The notes beneath the pieces were generated by a model. That model saw only the letters and a list, made by a program, of their open reading frames with translations, did no database searches and was not told where the DNA came from. A stretch of 32,000 nt of DNA from Candidatus Heimdallarchaeota archaeon. GTDB lineage: Archaea; Asgardarchaeota; Heimdallarchaeia; Heimdallarchaeales; Heimdallarchaeaceae. Below are positions 17,122-25,722 of the stretch, piece after piece; the first letter of the stretch is position 1; each line of letters begins with the position of its first letter. Where the stretch lies: contig DAOVER010000005.1 of NCBI GenBank assembly GCA_030668875.1, positions 1-32,000 of the forward strand. The letters are read 5' to 3'. Position numbers and translations under genes: made by a program.

Positions 17122-18390
17122 ATGAGTGAACAAGTTCCCCCTAAAAAAGAAGAGAAAAAAATCCAACAACCAGTTGTTAATATTGGAACCATTGGACATG
17201 TTGATAATGGAAAGTCTACATTAGTACAAGCTTTAACTGGTAAATTTCCAGACGATCATTCAGAAGAATTGAAAAGAGGTATATCAATCAGATTGGGGTA
17301 TGCAGACACAGAATTTCGTAAGTGTCCAAATTGCTCAGAACCTGAAGCATATACTGTGGAAAAAGAATGCCCCAAATGTGGAAAACCCTCTGAACTAATC
17401 AGACGTGTATCATTTGTTGATTGCCCAGGTCACGAAGTTTTGATGGCAACCCTTCTTTCTGGAGCTACATTGATGAATGGTGCGATCCTACTAATTGCTG
17501 CAAATTCAAGATGCCCTCAACCTCAAACAAGAGAACATCTTGCTGCTATGGAAATTCTTCAAATAAAGAATATCGTCGTTGCTCAAAACAAAATAGAACT
17601 AGTTACAGAAGAAGAAGCTAAAAGAAATTACCAAGAGATTAAGGATTTTATTAAGGGAACAATTGCTGAAGATGCACCAATAGTCCCAATAAGCGCAATG
17701 CATGGAGCTAACCTTGACGTATTAATTAATGAGATTGAGAAAAATATTCCAACACCAGAAATTGATCTAGATAGCCCATTTGAAATGCATGTAGCACGAT
17801 CTTTTGATATCAACAGACCCGGTACTAAACCAAAAAACCTCAAAGGAGGAGCATTAGGTGGATCAGTTATTCAAGGACAAATCAAGGTAGGGGAAGATAT
17901 TGAGATTGTTCCAGGGATTTCAATCAAAAAAGGAAACAAAGCAGCCTATCAAAAAATTATAACAAAAGTAGTAAGTATTGCAATAGGAGAGCAAGGTTTA
18001 GTAGATAGTGCCCATTCTGGTGGTTTAGTTGCTCTAGGTACAGAATTAGATCCATCATTTATAAAATCAGACAAAATGGGAGGAAATATTATAACAAAAC
18101 CAGGTGAAGGACCTCCAATACGTTCAACATTAAGTCTCAAAATTCGATTGCTCGAATATGTTGTTGGGTCAGAAGAAATAACTAAAGTACAACCTCTTGC
18201 ACAGGGGGAGACTCTAATGCTCAATGTTGGAACTGCAAAGACTTCAGGATCAATTACAGAAATCAAAGGAAAGGAAGCACAAATTAAATTGAGTAGAGAA
18301 GTAGCAACACGAACAAAAAGCCTTGTTGCAATATCTAGGCGCATTTCTGGAAGATTTCGGTTAATAGGCGTAGGAGAAATTTTCAATTAA
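17122..18390 (+). CDS. eif2g: Translation initiation factor aIF2 gamma subunit
   Basis: GHVDNGKS, HSEELKRGISIRLGYA, zinc knuckle, DCPGHE, PQPQTREH, QNKIE, RSFDINRPG and RFRLIG motifs. ATG 17122 has a GAGG SD. Confidence 0.97.
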   Translation: MSEQVPPKKEEKKIQQPVVNIGTIGHVDNGKSTLVQALTGKFPDDHSEELKRGISIRLGYADTEFRKCPNCSEPEAYTVEKECPKCGKPSELIRRVSFVDCPGHEVLMATLLSGATLMNGAILLIAANSRCPQPQTREHLAAMEILQIKNIVVAQNKIELVTEEEAKRNYQEIKDFIKGTIAEDAPIVPISAMHGANLDVLINEIEKNIPTPEIDLDSPFEMHVARSFDINRPGTKPKNLKGGALGGSVIQGQIKVGEDIEIVPGISIKKGNKAAYQKIITKVVSIAIGEQGLVDSAHSGGLVALGTELDPSFIKSDKMGGNIITKPGEGPPIRSTLSLKIRLLEYVVGSEEITKVQPLAQGETLMLNVGTAKTSGSITEIKGKEAQIKLSREVATRTKSLVAISRRISGRFRLIGVGEIFN

Positions 18391-18405
18391 TTTGGAGATT
18401 TTATC

Positions 18406-18801
18406 ATGTTAGTTCTACTTGATTCTAGCATGTTAATGTTGCCTTTAGAAAAAAAAATTAATCTTAGTTATGAATTCGAAAGAATTCTAACCGTTGCTTT
18501 TGAAATTGTTGTTCCACAGATTGTTTTGATTGAATTGGAAGAACTAAAAGAAAAAGGTGAAATAGCTAAAAAACGCAAAGCACAACTTGCTTTGAATTTA
18601 GCTGGGTCTTTTAAGATGATAGAATCCAAAACAGAAGTGCACGTGGATTATGAATTAATACGACTTGCAGAGATTCACAAAGCTGTTATCGCTACAAATG
18701 ATAGAAAACTTCGATCTATACTCATAAACAAAGGAATGGCGGTAATTTCTTTACATGGTAAAAATAAGCTTGCTCTTTTTGGTGATTTATCTTATCAATA
18801 A
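18406..18801 (+). CDS. PIN-domain nuclease (Fcf1/Utp24-like archaeal family)
   Basis: LLDSS, VLIELEEL, VD.ELI and IATNDRKLR acidic tetrad; canonical neighbour of aIF2-gamma. Confidence 0.9.
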   Translation: MLVLLDSSMLMLPLEKKINLSYEFERILTVAFEIVVPQIVLIELEELKEKGEIAKKRKAQLALNLAGSFKMIESKTEVHVDYELIRLAEIHKAVIATNDRKLRSILINKGMAVISLHGKNKLALFGDLSYQ

Positions 18802-18928
18802 TTTCTGGTAACGACATCATATCACAAGCACAAATTTTAATTATTCCGCGTGAATTCTCCCTTTATCAGACAAAATCTGACGTTGATAAAAAAAATATCA
18901 GTTACGAGGTAATAAAGAGGTTATTTAG

Positions 18929-19498
18929 ATGGAAATAAAAAATGTTTTTCCTGAAATAGAAAAAATAGAGAATAAAATACTACAAGATAAAGTAGTTAAG
19001 TCACTTGAAAAAGCGATAAGCATGGGAGGATGGAAAGAAGAAGATCTTCAAATGATTCCTTTTACACTTTTGATCCCGGAATTGCTCGAAGGAGATAGCT
19101 TGGTCCCCAAAATAACAATTGTTGATCACATACGAGCAGTAACTCAGATGTGCATTGCTACATATGAGAGATATGAAACACTAGGATTAGCAGATAAACT
19201 CAATAAAGATGAATTAATTGCAGGGGGATTACTTCATGATGTAGGAAAGTTCATTGAATATGAGAGAAACTCTGGAGGAAAAATAGTTCAAAAGATAGAA
19301 GGAAAATTAATTCGACACCCCGCCATGGGTCTAGAAATCGTATATGAATTTGAGTTACCTATATTGGTAAGGCAAGCAATAGTCTTTCACAGTAAAGAGG
19401 GAGATAAAATCCCAAGGTTGCCAGAAGTAGACATAATTCATCGTTGTGATTTTCTTTGCTTTGCTCCTATTAAACAGATACTTGAGAACAGTAATTGA
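18929..19498 (+). CDS. HD-domain metal-dependent phosphohydrolase
   Basis: DHIRAV, LLHDVGK (HD), RHP, FHS.EG and CD motifs; SD GAGGT. Confidence 0.88.
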   Translation: MEIKNVFPEIEKIENKILQDKVVKSLEKAISMGGWKEEDLQMIPFTLLIPELLEGDSLVPKITIVDHIRAVTQMCIATYERYETLGLADKLNKDELIAGGLLHDVGKFIEYERNSGGKIVQKIEGKLIRHPAMGLEIVYEFELPILVRQAIVFHSKEGDKIPRLPEVDIIHRCDFLCFAPIKQILENSN

Positions 19499-19516
19499 CA
19501 ACTAAAGGTGAAAACA

Positions 19517-20650
19517 ATGAAGAAATATAAAATCGCAGTACTACCTGGAGATGGAATAGGAATAGATGTAACCAACGCGGCAATGAAGGTTCTTGAAACC
19601 GTTGGTTTCAGTAATATGGTCGAGTTTACTTGGGGTGACATCGGATGGGAGTTCTGGAAATCAGAAGGAAATCCTCTACCTGATCGAACAATAGATTTAC
19701 TCAAGAATTCAGATTGTTGCTTGTTTTCGGCTATAACTTCTAAACCAAAAGAAGAAGCACAAAAAGAGTTAGTTCCAGAATTGCAAGGAAAAGGATTAGT
19801 GTATTCCAGCCCAATTGTTAAGTTAAGACAACTATTTGATTTGTATACTAATTTACGCCCTTGCAAAGCTTATCCTGGTAATCCCCTAAACTTCAGAGAT
19901 GATTTAGACTTAGTTGTATTTCGTGAAAATACTGAAGGGCTTTATGTTGGAATAGAATTCCATCCAGTTCCTGAAGATGTGATGAATTGTTTAGTAGAGA
20001 ACCATCCTAAAGCTAAACGCTTTGCAGAAGCAGATTTAAACGATGTAGCTATTTCAACAAGAATTTTCACTCGAAAGGGAGTTCAACGAATTCTAAAGGC
20101 CAGTATGGATTATGCAAAAGAGTTTGATTATCCTACCGTTACTGTAGTCGAAAAGCCAAATGTTATTCGTGAGACTTCTGGTTTAATGATTCGAGAAGCT
20201 CGTAAGCTTATCCAAAATTATGAGGGGAAAGAACTTTGGGAAACCAATATAGACGCGATGTGTATGTGGTTAGTCAAAAATCCGCAAAATTATGGTGTTC
20301 TAGTAGCTTCCAACATGTTTGGAGACATTGTTTCTGATTTATGCGCTCAGTTAGTAGGTGGGCTAGGATTTGCTTGTTCAGGAAATATAGGTGATAACTT
20401 CGCGGTGTTTGAACCAAGTCATGGTTCAGCTCCAAAGTATGTAGGACAAAACAAAGTAAATCCTATTGCACAAATTTTATCCGCAAAAATGATGTTAGAC
20501 TGGCTTGGAGAGAAAGAAATGGCCAAAAAGGTTGAGGATGCCGTAGCAGCTGTTATAATAGAAGGAAAAATTCGAACTTACGACATGGGTGGTTCTTCAA
20601 CAACCACAGAAATGGCTGATGCAATTTGTGAGAAAATAAAAGGAATGTAG
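19517..20650 (+). CDS. Isocitrate/isopropylmalate dehydrogenase family, homoisocitrate-dehydrogenase-like
   Basis: LPGDGIG, LR..FDLYTNLRP, RENTEGLY, KPNV, NMFGDIVSD and EPSHGSAP motifs. The specificity loop YSSPIVKLR matches fungal Lys12 (YSSPIVALR). ATG 19517 follows a GGTGA SD. Confidence 0.9.
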   Translation: MKKYKIAVLPGDGIGIDVTNAAMKVLETVGFSNMVEFTWGDIGWEFWKSEGNPLPDRTIDLLKNSDCCLFSAITSKPKEEAQKELVPELQGKGLVYSSPIVKLRQLFDLYTNLRPCKAYPGNPLNFRDDLDLVVFRENTEGLYVGIEFHPVPEDVMNCLVENHPKAKRFAEADLNDVAISTRIFTRKGVQRILKASMDYAKEFDYPTVTVVEKPNVIRETSGLMIREARKLIQNYEGKELWETNIDAMCMWLVKNPQNYGVLVASNMFGDIVSDLCAQLVGGLGFACSGNIGDNFAVFEPSHGSAPKYVGQNKVNPIAQILSAKMMLDWLGEKEMAKKVEDAVAAVIIEGKIRTYDMGGSSTTTEMADAICEKIKGM

Positions 20651-20658
20651 TGATTACA

Positions 20659-20671
20659 TTCTTTCTTTTTT
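20659..20671 (+). terminator. Oligo-T tract after the dehydrogenase
   Basis: TTCTTTCTTTTTT in a 91-nt gap; may be an internal terminator or attenuation point. Confidence 0.3.
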
Positions 20672-20741
20672 GTCATTTATTTTATGTGTTTTAGTTATCT
20701 TAAATAAACACACAGAGATATATTTATTACTTCTTTACTAA

Positions 20742-22031
20742 TTGGTGAAATTGAGTAAAATGGTGGGGTCTACACTAATAGAGAAAATTATCAGAAAGCA
20801 TACAGATGCCTCAGATGAGGAGATTTATCCAGGTAATATTGTATGGATAAATCTTGATTTAGTAACAGCTAGAGACTATGCAGGACCACAAGTTATAGAT
20901 TTGTTTCTGAAACACTATCCTGGTTCCAATACTTTTAACAATAATAAAATAATCTTTACACCAGATTGTTACCCGTATGGAAATGATCCTAAACATGTTA
21001 AAGATCAAGAGAAAATACGTGTTTTTGCTAAAGAACATAATATTCGAGTAACGGATTTAGGATCAGGAATCGGTTCACATTTGTTATTCAGAAGAGGTTT
21101 TTCAAAACCCGGAGATATTGCTTTTGGAGCAGATAGTCATTATAATATATTGGGGGCGTTAGGGATTTTAGGGCAAGGAGCTGGGGATGTAATGTTAGCT
21201 TTCGCTTTCAAAACTGGAAAATCTTGGATAAAGATTCCGGAAACTGTTAAGGTTAAAATAGAGGGTAAATATACCTGGCCTACCACTTCAAAAGATTTGG
21301 CCCTATATGTCTTAAAACAGCTTCATGAGTACGGAATAACTGGAAAAGCTGTTGAATTTTATGGAGAAACAATCTCTGAATTAACAATTGATGATCGCGT
21401 GACATTATGCTCGCTCATTACAGAAGCATCAGGCATGATAGGGTTTGTTTCTGCTGATGAAGTAACTGCAGAATATTATAAACAACTCAACATCGACATT
21501 GAATTACTTTCTGGCGATGAGAATGCAAATTATGCTTCTGAACTTACAATTAATGTTGATAACTTGGGTTTATATGTTGCATGCCCACCTCACCCACACA
21601 ATGTTAAGCCTATTGAAGAGGTTCTAGGAACTCCAATTAAATCAATTATAATTGGCTCTTGCACGAACGGTAGTGCTAGTGACATTCATGAAGCTGCAAG
21701 AGTGCTCAAAGGCTCTCATGTAAATCCAGAAGTCCGATTTGGTATAGTTCCTGCAACTCGTGAAGATTTTGTTGAAATAAATCTAAATGGAGATATGACA
21801 GTAATATTAGAAGCTGGTGGCAATTTCTATGGATCTGGATGTTCAACTTGTGCTAAAGGTCAATATGGGTTAACAGGAGGAGAAACTGCTGTAACTCTAA
21901 CAACCGGCAACCGCAATACACAAGGTAAAATTGGTCCAGCGGACGTTTATCTGGCAAGTCCTGTTGTTGCTGCAGCAACAGCTATTGAAGGAAAGATTGC
22001 TAAACCAATAATAAAAGAGATGATTAAATGA
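20742..22031 (+). CDS. Aconitase-family (LeuC/HacA-like) large subunit with deviant active-site motifs
   Basis: Three Fe-S cysteines (IGSCTNG, GCSTC), ADSH and NRN motifs, but DH is replaced by DC and NRNFxGR by NRNTQGK. Start uncertain (20742, 20751 or 20760). Confidence 0.88.
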   Translation: MVKLSKMVGSTLIEKIIRKHTDASDEEIYPGNIVWINLDLVTARDYAGPQVIDLFLKHYPGSNTFNNNKIIFTPDCYPYGNDPKHVKDQEKIRVFAKEHNIRVTDLGSGIGSHLLFRRGFSKPGDIAFGADSHYNILGALGILGQGAGDVMLAFAFKTGKSWIKIPETVKVKIEGKYTWPTTSKDLALYVLKQLHEYGITGKAVEFYGETISELTIDDRVTLCSLITEASGMIGFVSADEVTAEYYKQLNIDIELLSGDENANYASELTINVDNLGLYVACPPHPHNVKPIEEVLGTPIKSIIIGSCTNGSASDIHEAARVLKGSHVNPEVRFGIVPATREDFVEINLNGDMTVILEAGGNFYGSGCSTCAKGQYGLTGGETAVTLTTGNRNTQGKIGPADVYLASPVVAAATAIEGKIAKPIIKEMIK

Positions 22032-22534
22032 GTAATGAAATTATTGATGGAAAAGCTAGAAAAGTTCTTGTTGATGATATAGATACTGATCAAATATTCC
22101 ACCAGTCACTTTTAACAATTCATAATCCCGAGGAAATCAAACCTCACATTTTCGGTAACTTGGATGGATATCGTGATTTCGGAAAGGAAAATCATACAGA
22201 CAAAATTCTTATTGTAGGAAAAAATTTTGGAAAAGGTTCTACTAGGCAACAAGCTGTAACTGGTTTTCTCGCCCATAAAATCAAGGCCATAATTGGTGCA
22301 TCCTTTGGACCAATTTATTACAGTAATGCCGTAAATGCAGGATTGTTCTTAGTTGAAGTTCCCAAGATTGCAAACTTCTCGATTGAAGAAAATGATGAAT
22401 TAGAGATAAATGTTGCTCAATCCTTGCTTACAAATAAAACACGAGGAACTAGTATTAAATGCGAAAAAATCCCGATTCCAGTTTTAGACATTATCAAAGC
22501 TGGAGGCTTAATGAGCTTAGGGGAGAAAATGTAA
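22028..22534 (+). CDS. Aconitase-family (LeuD/HacB-like) small subunit
   Basis: DIDTDQI, GKNFGKGSTRQQA (canonical GxNFGCGSSRE), SFGPIYYSNAVN.GL and AGGL motifs; ATGA overlap with the large subunit. Confidence 0.88.
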   Translation: MSNEIIDGKARKVLVDDIDTDQIFHQSLLTIHNPEEIKPHIFGNLDGYRDFGKENHTDKILIVGKNFGKGSTRQQAVTGFLAHKIKAIIGASFGPIYYSNAVNAGLFLVEVPKIANFSIEENDELEINVAQSLLTNKTRGTSIKCEKIPIPVLDIIKAGGLMSLGEKM

Positions 22535-22548
22535 TCAGAGGGATTTAA

Positions 22549-24399
22549 GTGACAGGAAAAACATTCTCAGAAAAGTTATTTTCGCTGAAATCTGGAGAGG
22601 ATGTAAGTGCTGGAGACATTGTGTACGTAGAGCCAGACTTAATACTTTCACATGATAATTCAGCATCTATTGTAAAAACCTTTCAAAAAATGGGTGGAAA
22701 AAACATATTATATCCGCAACGTCTAGTTGTTGTTTTGGATCATGATTCTCCTCCAACCAATGTTCAGTTGGCAAATGATCATCAAAGCATACGGGATCTA
22801 GTAACTGAACAAAATATAATAAATTTTTATGATGAAGGAACTGGAATTTGTCATCAACTAATGTCAAATCATGTGTTACCTAATATGCTAGTTGTGGGTT
22901 CAGATTCTCATACATGTACTAGTGGAGCATTTTCATCTTTTGCTGCAGGTATCGACAGAACAGAAACAGCTGGTCTTTGGCTTACTGGAAAAACATGGTT
23001 CAGAGTTCCTGAAACCATAAAGGTAAGGTTACTTGGAAAGTTTACCCCAGGTGTTTATGCTAAGGATTGTGCTCTTTATATAATGAACAAATTAGGATCA
23101 GCTGGTGCAACTTATCAAACTATCGAATTTCATGGAGAAGGAGTAGAAACGCTCTCAATTTCAGAACGCATGACCTTAACCAATTTGGCTTCTGAAATGG
23201 GCGCAAAAACAGCTGTATTTCCACAGGATAGCGTTTTGGTAAAGTGGTTAGAGGAAAAGCATGGAGTTTCATATTTAAGGGAAAGGGAAGTAATCTGGTC
23301 CGATGATGATGCTTTATTTAGTCAAGAAATTGTCATAAATCTCAGTGAGTTAGAACCATTAGTTGCAGTACCTCACCAAGTAGACAATGCAAACAAGATA
23401 TCTGATTTAGATGAGATTCCTATTCAAGAAGCATTTCTTGGGACATGTACAAATGCTAGATTAGATGATCTCCTTATAGCGGCTTCAATTCTAAAAGGTG
23501 AAAAGGTAAAATCAGGAGTACAATTTTTCGTTGCTCCAGCTTCTAGAGAGATTTATCTTGAAGCTCTTGCAAAAGAAGCAATTCAAACATTTGTAGAAGC
23601 AGGTGCAACAATATTATCCTGTAGTTGTGGTCCATGCCTGGGAAAGGGTCAAGGGATTCCAGCAGATGGTTGGAATGTAATTTCCACTGCAAATAGGAAT
23701 TTTCTTGGCAGAATGGGTAACAAAAAATCATACGTTTATCTTGCGTCTCCAGCAACTGTTGCAGCTTCGGTAATTGCAGGGAAGATTGTTGATCCCCGCT
23801 ATTACTTAAAGAAAGATACCAAGAAAACTACTTCATCACTAGAATTAGAAACAAGAATAAAACAAACAAAAACATTAGTTATTAGCTCAAGCGATGATAG
23901 AAAAATAAGCAATGCTTGGAACTATAGCGATATTGATGATTTCAACACGGATCAAATGTTTGCTGGATCATTGACATATGATATTAAATCAGCTGACGGA
24001 GAGAAAATCGTTGCTCATTTGTTTAAAGGGTTGGACGAATCATTTGCTTCTAGAGTAAAAAAAGGAGACGTAATCATAGCTGGATCAAATTTTGGTTGTG
24101 GCTCATCAAGAGAGCATCCTTCAGTAGGATTAGCTTTTGCAGGTGTAAGAGCAGTAATAGTAAAATCTGTTTCACGGATTTTCTATCGGTCTGCAATCAA
24201 CCAAGGATTACCAATAATAGTTCACCCACAGTTTGTTGAAAACTATAATTCAAAGGAAACCGTAATGATAGATTTGCAGAAGGGAAGTATCATGAATGGA
24301 GATAAGGAATACACATTTCCAAAATTACCTACTGAGTTATTAGAAATTTTCAATGCTGGTGGTCTTATCAAATATTATCAAATAAAATATTCAGAATAA
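22549..24399 (+). CDS. Fused large+small subunit aconitase-family enzyme (homoaconitase-like)
   Basis: SHDN, LDH, GICHQ, GSDSHTCTSG, GTCTN, CGPC and NRNFLGRMG, then a C-terminal domain with NTDQM and GSNFGCGSSREH. Domain order as in fungal Lys4/Leu1. Confidence 0.9.
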   Translation: MTGKTFSEKLFSLKSGEDVSAGDIVYVEPDLILSHDNSASIVKTFQKMGGKNILYPQRLVVVLDHDSPPTNVQLANDHQSIRDLVTEQNIINFYDEGTGICHQLMSNHVLPNMLVVGSDSHTCTSGAFSSFAAGIDRTETAGLWLTGKTWFRVPETIKVRLLGKFTPGVYAKDCALYIMNKLGSAGATYQTIEFHGEGVETLSISERMTLTNLASEMGAKTAVFPQDSVLVKWLEEKHGVSYLREREVIWSDDDALFSQEIVINLSELEPLVAVPHQVDNANKISDLDEIPIQEAFLGTCTNARLDDLLIAASILKGEKVKSGVQFFVAPASREIYLEALAKEAIQTFVEAGATILSCSCGPCLGKGQGIPADGWNVISTANRNFLGRMGNKKSYVYLASPATVAASVIAGKIVDPRYYLKKDTKKTTSSLELETRIKQTKTLVISSSDDRKISNAWNYSDIDDFNTDQMFAGSLTYDIKSADGEKIVAHLFKGLDESFASRVKKGDVIIAGSNFGCGSSREHPSVGLAFAGVRAVIVKSVSRIFYRSAINQGLPIIVHPQFVENYNSKETVMIDLQKGSIMNGDKEYTFPKLPTELLEIFNAGGLIKYYQIKYSE

Positions 24400-24411
24400 A
24401 AGGTAGAGATA

Positions 24412-25722
24412 ATGAAATTATACGAATATGAAGCAAAACAAATTTTCGAAAAATTTGGTTTATCAGTGCCAAAGGAGATTGGTATAATAGAAAATATTAG
24501 CGATTTAGAAAATCTAACCTTGAGTTTTCCAATAATGATCAAAGCGATGGTTTTGATTGGAGGAAGAGGAAAAGCGGGTGGAATAAAAAAAGCTGATAAT
24601 ATTTCTGAAGCTAGTGACATCTGTAGCAAGATGTTTGATTTAATTATTCATGGTTATGCTATTAAGAAACTACTTCTTGAGGAAGCTGTAAGTGTAGCAC
24701 ATGAAATTTATCTATCTATAGCCACAGATCCAGCAACATTTGATCTTGTAATTGTTGTATCTGCTAGTGGTGGAGTAGATATTGAAGAAGTTGCAATAAA
24801 TCAACCTGAAGAGATTTGGAAAAAGACCTTAAGAGACAATCCTAAGACTCTTTCAGAGGAGATAAGTAAAGAAGCAGCAGATTTTCTAGTCGGACGAAAT
24901 TCTGAGTTGTCTTCAGTTAAAGAAAGTTTATCTACGACAATAATGGCACTATTTTCAGCTTTTCAACAGTCTGAAGCCAAAATATGTGAGATAAATCCAC
25001 TCATAGTAACCAACGATAATCAACTGATAGCTGCAGATGCAAAATTTGTATTAGATGATAATAGCTTATACAGACAAGCTCCATTGCTTAAATCAATCGG
25101 AATTGACACTCGAAGTAAGAGACATGATGTATCAGAGCAAACCAAGTATGAAGCACAGGCATATATTATTGGTTTTCCATTTCTAGATTTACTTGACAAT
25201 CCAGAGAGTTTTCAGAAAGAACAGGATAAGTTATATGTCGGATTAGTTCCTGGAGGAGCAGGTTATGGCATCTTTTCAATTGATGAAATTGTAAATGTTG
25301 GTAATCGTTATTTTGATGGAAAGGTAATTCCTATCAATTTCATGGATAGCGGGGGGGGGCCTTCCCTTAGTAAAGTTGCAGATATGTTTCACATCTTAAT
25401 GGATCATCCAGCAACTGACCTAATAATTACTAGTCGATTTGGTGGCATATCAAGTTGCGATATATTTATCCAAGGCCTAATTATGGCTTTAAGGGATAGA
25501 TACATCTCAAAGAGAAGAATGATTCCGGTCTTTGGCAGAATGGTTGGAACGGATTTAGCTGCTGCAAGAACTTTTCTTGACAAAGCAAAAAGAGAGTCAC
25601 CTGAACCTTTGAAAGATTTACACATAGTTGTTGGTAATCAAAAGATAATGGCAGATATCATCAAAGATGGTATTGAATATGGTTTTAGAACCAAAAAACA
25701 GAAAGAAACTGGAGGCAATTAA
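24412..25722 (+). CDS. ADP-forming acyl-CoA synthetase beta subunit (SucC / citryl-CoA synthetase / AclB-like)
   Basis: MKLYEYEAK, KA.VL.GGRGKAGG, EINPL and DAK..LDDN ATP-grasp motifs; GGAGYG, NFMDSGGG and FGGISSCD in the substrate-binding domain. Confidence 0.88.
   Translation: MKLYEYEAKQIFEKFGLSVPKEIGIIENISDLENLTLSFPIMIKAMVLIGGRGKAGGIKKADNISEASDICSKMFDLIIHGYAIKKLLLEEAVSVAHEIYLSIATDPATFDLVIVVSASGGVDIEEVAINQPEEIWKKTLRDNPKTLSEEISKEAADFLVGRNSELSSVKESLSTTIMALFSAFQQSEAKICEINPLIVTNDNQLIAADAKFVLDDNSLYRQAPLLKSIGIDTRSKRHDVSEQTKYEAQAYIIGFPFLDLLDNPESFQKEQDKLYVGLVPGGAGYGIFSIDEIVNVGNRYFDGKVIPINFMDSGGGPSLSKVADMFHILMDHPATDLIITSRFGGISSCDIFIQGLIMALRDRYISKRRMIPVFGRMVGTDLAAARTFLDKAKRESPEPLKDLHIVVGNQKIMADIIKDGIEYGFRTKKQKETGGN

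Noticed and set aside
18820-18900. Exact Thermococcales glycolytic motif (TATCAC-N5-GTGATA)
   Set aside because: Only half-sites are present and the spacing does not match.
20742-24399. Plain leuC/leuD/leuB leucine biosynthesis annotation
   Set aside because: No leuA or ilv genes nearby, the dehydrogenase loop is HICDH-like, and the cluster is coupled to a CoA ligase/lyase.
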